A stretch of DNA of 64,000 nucleotides from an uncultured archaeon (GTDB lineage: Archaea > Asgardarchaeota > Heimdallarchaeia > Heimdallarchaeales > Heimdallarchaeaceae): the NCBI GenBank assembly GCA_964549075.1, contig CAZJUB010000005.1, positions 3,103 through 67,102 on the forward strand, written 5' to 3'. The position numbers and the translations under genes were made by a program. The notes below the pieces were generated by a model, which had not been told where the DNA came from, did no database searches, and saw only the letters and a program-made list of their open reading frames with translations. Positions within the stretch are counted from its first letter, which is position 1. Every line of letters starts with the position of its first letter. This document shows positions 37,869-46,346 of this stretch, in pieces.

Positions 37869-39266
37869 ATGTCCAACGATTATATAGATAAAGCATTAAG
37901 TAAATTAGAAAAACTAAAGTTAACTTATGCTGATATTCGTGCAGAAAACTCTCTAATGACACAGATTCGAACGGTGAATGGAAAAGTCGAAACAAGTACC
38001 ACAGGTATAGAATCTGGAATAGGAATTAGAATTCTAAACAATGGTGCATGGGGTTTTGCCTTTGGTCCTTTGGAGAGTTTTGAAGAAGTAATTGAAATGG
38101 CAATTGAGGCCAATAAATTAAACTTGAAACATAAAAAACGAGATATTAAATTAGTTGAAATGAAAACTACAGAAGATTCTTTTGAAGGAGAGCAAAAAAA
38201 GAAAATCGATGATACAGGATTTGATGAAAAAATCGAATTTACTTTGGAAACAGACAAAGCACAAGAAAATGAAAAAATCAAATCGAGAACCACATTATAT
38301 CGAGAAATACTCAAAAAAATGATACTAGTAACGACAGAAGGAACTAAAATAGAATATAAAGTTCCTTATGTTATGATGTATGCCCTCTCTGTTGCTCGAG
38401 AAGAAAGCGAAACTATTGAAGGTTACAGTAGAATAGGTCATCTAGGTGGTATAGAACTCTTTGATTTTCGTAATCCTACAGAATTAGGAGAAAAAGCAAA
38501 AGAAAGAGCACTTGAAGGATTGAAATCACCTAAAGTAAAAGCTGGCCGATATCCAGTCGTTTTGGATGGTACTATTAATCATCTTTTCGCTCATGAAGCA
38601 TCAGGTCACAGTGCAGAAGGAGATTTCGTTCAAACTGCAGGTGTTCTTAGAGGTAAGATTGGTAAAAAAGTAGGTTCATCTCACGTAAATCTAATCGATG
38701 ATGGTTCTCTAAAAGAAACAGCTGGAATAAATTCCTTTGGTTACTTGAAATATGATGATGAAGGAATTCCTGGACAGAAAACATTCATCATCAAAGAAGG
38801 GATTCTTAAAACTTATCTAAATGATAGAGCTTCAGCAGATTATTTTAATCAGAAAGCTACTGGAAATTCCAGAGCTCAAGCTTACAATGTTCCTCAAATT
38901 GTTAGGATGACAAATACGTACATTGCACCTACTAAAACAGGTATGAAAGAAGAGGAATTGCTTGAGCAAGTGAAAAATGGTCTGCTTCTAATGCAAGGCG
39001 GTGGAGGACAAGTTGATCCTATTAAGGGGACGTTCAACTTTGGAGTTTCTGAATTATACGAAATAAAGAACGGAGAGATAGGTCAAAGGTATAGACCTAC
39101 AACATTAGCTGGAAATACTTTAGAAACACTAATGAAGATAACAGGTGTATCCGCAGAAATGGGGAATCCTTTGGATAGCATTGGTTTTTGTGGTAAAGAT
39201 GGACAATCTGCTCCAGTTGGAGTAACCGCTGGATGGATGGCTGTAAAAAGCATAGTTGTAGGATAG
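37869..39266 (+). CDS. tldD: TldD-family metalloprotease
   Basis: HEASGHSAEGD zinc motif. C-terminal GG...G.F beta-rich domain. 465 aa. Confidence 0.8.
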   Translation: MSNDYIDKALSKLEKLKLTYADIRAENSLMTQIRTVNGKVETSTTGIESGIGIRILNNGAWGFAFGPLESFEEVIEMAIEANKLNLKHKKRDIKLVEMKTTEDSFEGEQKKKIDDTGFDEKIEFTLETDKAQENEKIKSRTTLYREILKKMILVTTEGTKIEYKVPYVMMYALSVAREESETIEGYSRIGHLGGIELFDFRNPTELGEKAKERALEGLKSPKVKAGRYPVVLDGTINHLFAHEASGHSAEGDFVQTAGVLRGKIGKKVGSSHVNLIDDGSLKETAGINSFGYLKYDDEGIPGQKTFIIKEGILKTYLNDRASADYFNQKATGNSRAQAYNVPQIVRMTNTYIAPTKTGMKEEELLEQVKNGLLLMQGGGGQVDPIKGTFNFGVSELYEIKNGEIGQRYRPTTLAGNTLETLMKITGVSAEMGNPLDSIGFCGKDGQSAPVGVTAGWMAVKSIVVG

Positions 39267-39275
39267 GTGAAAAAT

Positions 39276-40733
39276 ATGGTTAAAAATAATCTAAATGAGA
39301 AAATCCAAAAAGCGCTTGATGTAGGATTGAAATATGCTAACAAAGCAGGTGCTAATCATTGTGAAGCTTTTGGTATTAATGAACGCTCTTTCAATCTAGA
39401 ATTAGAAAAAGATAAACCTAAACACAACATGGGTATTCTTCATGGTATATCATTCAGGGTCATAGCAAATAATGCAGTAGGATTTGCTTATACCTCGTCT
39501 TTTGCAGAAAAGGACATTGAAATGACAGTGAATATGGCCATTCAATGTGCTAAAACAAAGAAAAAAGATCCAGATCTCTCTCCATTTCCAAAACCAATGA
39601 AGAATAAAGCTAAATTAAAAATGGACAAAAAACTCTATTCAGTTGACACAAATTCAATAGCAGAGATTTTTGAAAAGATGATGCCAGATGAGCTACCAAA
39701 GGACACCTTTTTCCTTCAAGCACTTGGATTAGTAGCAATGGGAGATTCTTTTCTAAAAACATCAGAAGGGATCGATTTAATTGAGGCAGATGCTGGTTAT
39801 GGTCTCGGAATTGGATTTTTATCAACACATGGTTTCCCGAATTATGATTTTCATTTTGAAGGTTCTCGAACCTTAGGGGGAATCAACCCTCAAGAAGTCA
39901 CAAAAATAGCTTTAGAGAAAACTTTGGAATCAGCTAAACCTAAAACAATGTCTCTTGCTGGAAATTATCCTATTATTATATCACCAGAAGGATCATATGG
40001 TCTTTTCGGAGGATTATTTGAAGTACTTACACAACTTTTGAAAGGAGATAAAGCTTCAAGAGGAGAAACCGTGTTTGCTGATAAAATAGGAGAACAGATT
40101 GCTCCAGACAACTTCACTCTTATTGATGATCCGCTTCATCCTGATATGATTACTTCAGCTCTTTATGATGGAGAAGGTGTCCCCACTGAACGAACAAAAC
40201 TAGTCGAAAATGGCATATTGAAGACCTATTACTTAGATAGCTATTATGCTGGAAAACTCAATATGAAGAGTAATGGAAAAGCTCAAAGAGGTAGCTTTCT
40301 TGGAGGTAATCCTGCTAAAACACCTCCAGTAATTGGTTCTTATGCTACCATTATAGAACCTGGAAATGTCTCTCTTGAAGAAATGCTTTCTGAAACAAAA
40401 GAAGGATTTATGCTGAAAAGTTTCATGGGAATACATATGTCAGATTTCAGTAGTGGTAGATTTGCTGTTACAGGTTCAGGATGGTATCTAAAAGATGGAG
40501 AGATTAAGTACCCAGTTCAAGATATTTCAATCTCCGGAACACTCCCTGAACTTCTTCTTAATATAGATATGATTTCTAAAGAGAGAAAGAAGGGTTTGAA
40601 TAATGAGGTTCCATATCTTAGAGTATCTGAATTAAGTGTGGCTGCAAAGAAACTTGACTTCAAGATAAGATTTGGTCTGAAAGTCTTGAAGACTCTTGTA
40701 AAACTAGGGATAATGAAAAATCCCTTTATCTAA
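39276..40733 (+). CDS. pmbA: PmbA/TldE-family protein (TldD partner)
   Basis: TldD/PmbA-like length and C-terminal region (GSGWYLKDGEIKYPV) but no HExxxH. Adjacent to tldD. AGGTGA SD 5 nt before the ATG at 39276 (track start is GTG 39267). Confidence 0.7.
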   Translation: MVKNNLNEKIQKALDVGLKYANKAGANHCEAFGINERSFNLELEKDKPKHNMGILHGISFRVIANNAVGFAYTSSFAEKDIEMTVNMAIQCAKTKKKDPDLSPFPKPMKNKAKLKMDKKLYSVDTNSIAEIFEKMMPDELPKDTFFLQALGLVAMGDSFLKTSEGIDLIEADAGYGLGIGFLSTHGFPNYDFHFEGSRTLGGINPQEVTKIALEKTLESAKPKTMSLAGNYPIIISPEGSYGLFGGLFEVLTQLLKGDKASRGETVFADKIGEQIAPDNFTLIDDPLHPDMITSALYDGEGVPTERTKLVENGILKTYYLDSYYAGKLNMKSNGKAQRGSFLGGNPAKTPPVIGSYATIIEPGNVSLEEMLSETKEGFMLKSFMGIHMSDFSSGRFAVTGSGWYLKDGEIKYPVQDISISGTLPELLLNIDMISKERKKGLNNEVPYLRVSELSVAAKKLDFKIRFGLKVLKTLVKLGIMKNPFI

Positions 40734-40746
40734 TTTTTAAAACAAA

Positions 40747-40771
40747 ATAAAAAGAAAAAGAAAAAGAAAAG
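40747..40771. repeat. (AAAAG)n simple repeat / oligo-T termination tract between convergent genes
   Basis: ATAAAAAGAAAAAGAAAAAGAAAAG on the plus strand, which reads as runs of T5 on the minus strand immediately downstream of the 980-aa gene. TTTTT also follows the pmbA stop. Confidence 0.45.
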
Positions 40772-40783
40772 TTGAGATAGTGT

Positions 40784-43585
40784 TTATCTCTTTTTTGTAT
40801 ATATTACTGCACTAGCAAGTGCTACTATTCCAAGGATTGTTACTATTGATACAACAGTATATTCGGGTACAGCAGGTAAGCCTGTCAAAACTGAGTACAA
40901 ATCTGGAAGTGCTCCAAATGTACTGCCTATCATGATTTCCATGTAAGCTGATACAAGACCACCATTTGATCCGTAGTCAGGTGTTTGTGTCATTTCAAAG
41001 TCAAAACTTGTCTTTAATCCTGCACCTAATAATACTCCAGTTGTTTCATCAATGCCTACCCAGATAGTTCCTCTAATCCAACCTTCATAAGTATCTGTCT
41101 CCCATTGATAATCTCCATTAAGATTGGAGAATTCTAAATCAATAGCAGCATCTACTGATATGTAGTAATAGTTTATAGGACTACCAGTTCCAGTGTAATG
41201 GAATTTGTTTGCTTCAAGTGTCAAACCAAAATCATAAAGATTGAAGTTTGTGTTTTGAAGAGATAATGCATTGAAAGCGTCTTCAATGTAGGAAGTTGCA
41301 CCGAATATTGAATTAAGAGTTGTCCAGACACCATCCAGCAATTCATAATCTGTTGAATATTGTGGACCTTGTGGTGAGAATATTAGCCATTCATAATCTC
41401 CTATCTCTGGTGCTTCTGAAGTATTTGAAGGATTATACAGCGTCATTTGTGCGTCTGCCCAAAGACCGTCATACCCAATCATATCTACACCGAGTAATGG
41501 ATTACCGACTGCGTCTAATCCGTTATTCTTGAATTCAACTACTCCATCCACAAAATCAGGATTTGCGGTTGGTGGTAAATCAAAGTAGAATACGAAATTA
41601 TTTATTGTATATAACCAAGAATCTGGAGTTGGCATTACAGGAGCAATATTATCAGCTCTTGAAGGATCTAATTCGAGAACAATACTAGCCCATACATCAT
41701 CCATTGAATTGAAGCTAAGATCTAATGAAACATTTTGAAGATAACCTGTTAGAGTATTATAACACCATGTAACATTCATAGACAGTTCTGGTCCTCCATC
41801 ATACATCTTAAGATCCATATAGAATAGATTGTTACCAGCATCATAAGTAGTATCGACTTCTTCAGTACTATTGTCTTCGTCTCTGTATTTATAATAAGTA
41901 TCCATGGATACCCAATCAGTGTCTCCTGCATAGAAAGTTTGCATTGGTACAACGGGTTCATTGAAGTGTCCATAATCAAATGATCCCCAATCAAACTCCC
42001 AGTTTCTATCAACTAGTTCTTCGAGATCTGTTAACATAGTGTAACCCATCATAGGTGTTGGAGCAACAGAACCAGAATCTAGACTAAATGAGAAGTTTGG
42101 TAAGGTCATATAATAAAATGGTCCAGCATGCCACAGCCAATATAAGGCATTTGCATTGTTTGCGAGTGTTGCGTATAAGTAACCATTGTGATAACCATCA
42201 CGATATTGATTATCATATATGAAATTAGCGCCTTGTTCATATGGATCGGTAGTAGAAGGTGAGTATGGTAAACTTGATGGAGTGTCATCTTCAGGATGAC
42301 TAGCTAGTTTATCAGCTGCTCCTTCGGCAAAACCATCATAGTATGAATTCCACACATAATTTTGCAATCCATACATGTATTGTTCGCCTACAGAATATCC
42401 ATATTGTCCATCGTCATAACCTGATGAATAGCCTTGATAGGCACCATCATTATATCCATGTTCATAAGAATCTCTTGGATCATAGATTGGATCATAGAAG
42501 TTGAAAGGATTGCTATAGTATCCAGTCCAATATCCAGACCAATAGTAGTTCTGGTAACCATCTACATAACCATACCAGTAAGTATTATGAGCGTTATCGT
42601 ATAAGTCATTGTATAATTCATTGCTGAAATCTACTTTAGCTGCTTCATATCTATAACCTCTGCTGTAGAACATTTCATATGTATTCTGATAGTTCATATA
42701 CATACTGAAATCATACAGATCAGCGGGAGCTGGAATTGTTCCTGGGTATCTTTTATCAGGTATTCTAGTAGTGTTGAAATCAAGTCTTCCACTGAGAAAA
42801 CCTTCATCCCATGCTTCATGAAAACCGAAATAATAAGCATTTAAAGCTGTTACCCAATCATTCCATGCGGGATTAGCTCCACTTTGGAAGTATCCATCAT
42901 ATCCTATTCTATATCCTATGTAGTAACCTAAATCCGATGCAAACCATGTTATATCGTTTTCACTATAGCTATCACCGTAAGGTTCCCATGCACTGAATCC
43001 CCATCCTTGATCAGCTTCATACCATCCGTTATTAAATCCGGCATCAAATGAATTGTTGAAGTTAACCCAGAATGCGTCATCTATTGGGTCTACGAATCTT
43101 GCATATGGCCAATAGTCATGATAAGATGAATAGTCTGTGTTTCTAAAGTCGTCAGGGAATGAAAAATCAGAAGCATTTATTTCTACTCCTAATTCTTGAT
43201 TTAATTTCAAGAATGAGAAGATACTCATAGCATTAACAGCTGTTTCATTTACGTAAGCCTGACTGTTATAATCATACTCATAAAGATTGATTAAATCAGT
43301 TTTAGCTATGTAAGTGATTAGCTCGGAACCTTCTAATGATCCGATTAATCCCTTGCCAAATTCAGGAGCTCCTGTTTGACTTAATAGCATATCAAGAACT
43401 TCCCAAATTCCTTCACCATATTGAAAAGTTGAGACGTTGTAAACTAGTTTATCACCATCTGCAACTGCATTAAGTTGAGGGGATGTGGGAACAGTACTAT
43501 CTTGAGTAGCTCTAGGAGTTGCCGAATTTACAAAAGGCAGTAATAATATCAATAAGCCTATTCCTAAAAATATCTGTCTTTTCAT
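40784..43585 (-). CDS. Large Tyr/Gly/Asp/Asn/Trp-rich secreted protein with C-terminal membrane anchor
   Basis: Start placed at MKRQIFLGIGLLILLLPFVNSA (ATG 43585). The 47-aa upstream extension of the track ORF looks non-coding. C-terminus PEYTVVSIVTILGIVALASAVIYTKKR. Many N-x-S/T sequons. Confidence 0.6.
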   Translation of the reverse strand: MKRQIFLGIGLLILLLPFVNSATPRATQDSTVPTSPQLNAVADGDKLVYNVSTFQYGEGIWEVLDMLLSQTGAPEFGKGLIGSLEGSELITYIAKTDLINLYEYDYNSQAYVNETAVNAMSIFSFLKLNQELGVEINASDFSFPDDFRNTDYSSYHDYWPYARFVDPIDDAFWVNFNNSFDAGFNNGWYEADQGWGFSAWEPYGDSYSENDITWFASDLGYYIGYRIGYDGYFQSGANPAWNDWVTALNAYYFGFHEAWDEGFLSGRLDFNTTRIPDKRYPGTIPAPADLYDFSMYMNYQNTYEMFYSRGYRYEAAKVDFSNELYNDLYDNAHNTYWYGYVDGYQNYYWSGYWTGYYSNPFNFYDPIYDPRDSYEHGYNDGAYQGYSSGYDDGQYGYSVGEQYMYGLQNYVWNSYYDGFAEGAADKLASHPEDDTPSSLPYSPSTTDPYEQGANFIYDNQYRDGYHNGYLYATLANNANALYWLWHAGPFYYMTLPNFSFSLDSGSVAPTPMMGYTMLTDLEELVDRNWEFDWGSFDYGHFNEPVVPMQTFYAGDTDWVSMDTYYKYRDEDNSTEEVDTTYDAGNNLFYMDLKMYDGGPELSMNVTWCYNTLTGYLQNVSLDLSFNSMDDVWASIVLELDPSRADNIAPVMPTPDSWLYTINNFVFYFDLPPTANPDFVDGVVEFKNNGLDAVGNPLLGVDMIGYDGLWADAQMTLYNPSNTSEAPEIGDYEWLIFSPQGPQYSTDYELLDGVWTTLNSIFGATSYIEDAFNALSLQNTNFNLYDFGLTLEANKFHYTGTGSPINYYYISVDAAIDLEFSNLNGDYQWETDTYEGWIRGTIWVGIDETTGVLLGAGLKTSFDFEMTQTPDYGSNGGLVSAYMEIMIGSTFGALPDLYSVLTGLPAVPEYTVVSIVTILGIVALASAVIYTKKR

Positions 43586-43740
43586 AATTTGAACCCCTTT
43601 GGTTCTAATAATATATATTGAATATACCCTATAAAAAGATGATGTTCGTTTTTCACTTATTAGAATATAAGTGAAATTACAATAGAATGCAATTAAAGGG
43701 TAGAAAGGCGAAGTTTTTTGATTCAAAAATAAAGAGAAAA

Positions 43741-43926
43741 TTAATCCAATTCTGCAGGTTGTTCGAATTGACTTCCAAAGAACTCAAAAATCTGGTAGCT
43801 ACCGCATTCTTCACAATAAAAGGTCAAACTAAAAGCTTGATCTAAGTTTTCTCCAACAAAAGTTTGTTCTCTTTCTTCCTCACAGAATTTACAATAAATT
43901 TTAAGCTTTGGTTTATCTTCAGCCAT
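43741..43926 (-). CDS. Small zinc-ribbon protein
   Basis: 61 aa with CKFC...CEEC (two CxxC pairs) and an acidic tail. Confidence 0.4.
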   Translation of the reverse strand: MAEDKPKLKIYCKFCEEEREQTFVGENLDQAFSLTFYCEECGSYQIFEFFGSQFEQPAELD

Positions 43927-43987
43927 TAAACATCATCATTATTTTATCTTATATCTTTTTAAGTGATTTGGATTTTATAAGTTTTTA

Positions 43988-45145
43988 TCATAATTTAGTT
44001 CTTAATCGTTCAATAGCTTGTTCAATTTGATTCACGTTAACTGAACCAAAACTAGCTCTAACGTTATTTCTTTGTGTTGGACCAAATTCAGTGCCAGGAA
44101 CAATTACTACTCTAGCAAGGTCAAATGCCTTACTTGAGTATTCTTCACAATCCGGATATTTGGTGCCTGAGATATCAGGATAACAATAAAATGAACCAGA
44201 AGGAGTTTTACAACTAATTCCTTCTATAGAGTTAAATCCTTTAACTATTGCATCTCTTCGTTTTTGAAACTCTTCACGTATAAATTTCTGAAATTCCTTT
44301 GATTCACGCATTTTCATATATTTTGCAATAGCAATTTGAGTCGGAGTAGTTGCATTTGCTACAACAAAACCATGATAAACAACTATAGGTTTCATCAATT
44401 CTGAAGCTGCAACACCATAACCCATTCTCCACCCTGGGACTGCATATGTTTTAGAAAAAGAATTAGCAGTAATAGTCCTTTCATACGCACCATCAATAGC
44501 GCCTATGTGAATGTGTTTCTTGTTATCAAAAGTATAATATTCATACACTTCATCGCTTATAATAAGTAAATCATAATCTACAGCAAGATCAACAATTGCT
44601 TTTAATTCGCTTTTTTCCATCACTGCTCCAGTTGGATTGCTTGGAAAATTCAGGATAATAACTTTGGATTTTTCAGTTATTAATTCTTTAAGTTTCTCAG
44701 TATCGATTTTGAAATCTGATGTTGATGGGATCCAAACATTTTTTCCTCCTGAGAGAACAACTTGTCTTGGATAAGTAAGGAAGCAAGGATCTTGAAGCAA
44801 AACCTCATCTCCAGTTTTGATATAGGTTTGGAGTGCAGTATACAATAATTGGGCACCACCACTTGTTACAATCACACCATCTGAATCGCTATATTCGACT
44901 CCATACTCATTTTTGTATTTTTCAGTTATAGCTTTTCGTAAACCTGGATTCCCAGGAGTTTGATCATAACTATTAAAATCGTTATCTACAGCTTCTTTGA
45001 GAGCTTCTTTTAACTCTTTGGGAGTATGGATATCGGGAGCACCTATTCCTAAAGATAAAACATCAGGAATACCTTGAGCTTTCGAAAATAAATCTCTTAT
45101 ACCACTTGGTTTTATTTTTGCTAGTTTTTCAGAATGAAAGGTCAT
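43988..45145 (-). CDS. Class I/II PLP-dependent aminotransferase (aspartate/aromatic type)
   Basis: FPSNPTG and NSFSKTYAVPGWRMGY (PLP lysine); 385 aa. Confidence 0.85.
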   Translation of the reverse strand: MTFHSEKLAKIKPSGIRDLFSKAQGIPDVLSLGIGAPDIHTPKELKEALKEAVDNDFNSYDQTPGNPGLRKAITEKYKNEYGVEYSDSDGVIVTSGGAQLLYTALQTYIKTGDEVLLQDPCFLTYPRQVVLSGGKNVWIPSTSDFKIDTEKLKELITEKSKVIILNFPSNPTGAVMEKSELKAIVDLAVDYDLLIISDEVYEYYTFDNKKHIHIGAIDGAYERTITANSFSKTYAVPGWRMGYGVAASELMKPIVVYHGFVVANATTPTQIAIAKYMKMRESKEFQKFIREEFQKRRDAIVKGFNSIEGISCKTPSGSFYCYPDISGTKYPDCEEYSSKAFDLARVVIVPGTEFGPTQRNNVRASFGSVNVNQIEQAIERLRTKL

Positions 45146-45216
45146 CTATGGTCATACTGTTTTTATTTATTCCAAAATTAAGTTTTTTTGTTAAAACATG
45201 AAGAAAAATAACTTTT

Positions 45217-46278
45217 TTAAATTAATTGTATTATTTTGTCAGCAGGAGATTGAAGTTTATTCAAGATATCAGTAGTTTTTTGCCTATGTTGTTCTTTTTC
45301 TTCTATTTTAGATAAAAGCTCAAGAGCTCTAGTTTTAGCTGCTTCAAGTGTATATTCATTATAAAGAGGTATTCCAATGGATGAGATATATTCTAATACA
45401 TCCACAGGTTCTGGATAATACGATATTGAAGGGGTTCCGATCGCAGCACCTTCTCTCGCCATTGTTGCTCCACCTGATATACATAAATCAGAATAATAAC
45501 AAAGTGAGAGAGTATCAACAGCTCTGGGTGGAATGATGATTCTATCTTTGAATTTTTTCTTGAGATATTGCTTTTGTTTTTCGTATCTCGGAAAAATTAC
45601 TGCTCTTCCTTCATAATTATTAAAAATTTCATCTAAAATCGCATCTAAAACTGTTTGATCTACCATGTCTCTATTCAGCATATAAGCTGCGTTGCTTTCT
45701 TCTGGTCTCCCCACTATGAAACTATCATCTTGATGTAATCCAAGTAGGCCTAATACATCTTTATTTGGTTTGAAATTTCTCAGCCATGCTACTTCATCAA
45801 TACCATCATAAGGTTGTAATTGATCTTCAACAGCTCCAAGTTTCAACCATTTTCTTTTGTCTATACATGAACTATATACCAAATATTTGGACAAAGGAGT
45901 AGTTAGTTTTCCTACTGCTACTGCATGTGGAGAGTCGTTTATAGTTATGACAGGTATTCCTAAACCAAATGCTACTCGTGTAGATTCAGGAGATGCAAAA
46001 GAAATATGATAATCAGGTTTGGTTTCAAGTTGATTGATATATTGTGCTAACAAAGCTATTCTCTCATTTCCAGCCATCAATTTACCAAAAAGCGTTCCTC
46101 CCCCATGTTTACCTAAAATTTTCACGTCTAAATCCAAAAGGAGGAAAAGACTTGCTACATAATCATAATCTCTACAAGTAAAAATAGCTTCATGTCCCAA
46201 TTTTTCTAACTCTTTTGCTATTGCATTAAATAGTAGAGGTTCCTTAGCAGTAACAGCATCAAACCAGAATATCATCAT
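45217..46278 (-). CDS. DUF354 family protein (GT-B/epimerase-like fold)
   Basis: IFWFDAVTAKEPLLF..ELEKLGHE, KHGGG, SFASPESTRVAFGLGIPVITINDSPHA. Matches the conserved archaeal DUF354 pattern as I recall it. Confidence 0.65.
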   Translation of the reverse strand: MMIFWFDAVTAKEPLLFNAIAKELEKLGHEAIFTCRDYDYVASLFLLLDLDVKILGKHGGGTLFGKLMAGNERIALLAQYINQLETKPDYHISFASPESTRVAFGLGIPVITINDSPHAVAVGKLTTPLSKYLVYSSCIDKRKWLKLGAVEDQLQPYDGIDEVAWLRNFKPNKDVLGLLGLHQDDSFIVGRPEESNAAYMLNRDMVDQTVLDAILDEIFNNYEGRAVIFPRYEKQKQYLKKKFKDRIIIPPRAVDTLSLCYYSDLCISGGATMAREGAAIGTPSISYYPEPVDVLEYISSIGIPLYNEYTLEAAKTRALELLSKIEEKEQHRQKTTDILNKLQSPADKIIQLI

Positions 46279-46346
46279 ACTTCCTCTGTTTTAATTACAA
46301 AAAAATCTTGTGTTCTGTTTTAAGAAAAAGAGCGAAGAGAAAAAAT

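Noticed and set aside
40747-40771. (AAAAG)4 repeat considered as a microsatellite of functional interest or a CRISPR-like repeat.
   Set aside because: It is too short, has no spacers, and sits exactly where oligo-T termination signals for the minus-strand gene are expected.
43586-43726. 47-codon N-terminal extension of the 980-aa track ORF.
   Set aside because: The internal Met gives a textbook signal peptide (MKRQIFLGIGLLILLLPFVNSA). The extension would bury it, which is unlikely for a protein with a C-terminal anchor and many sequons.
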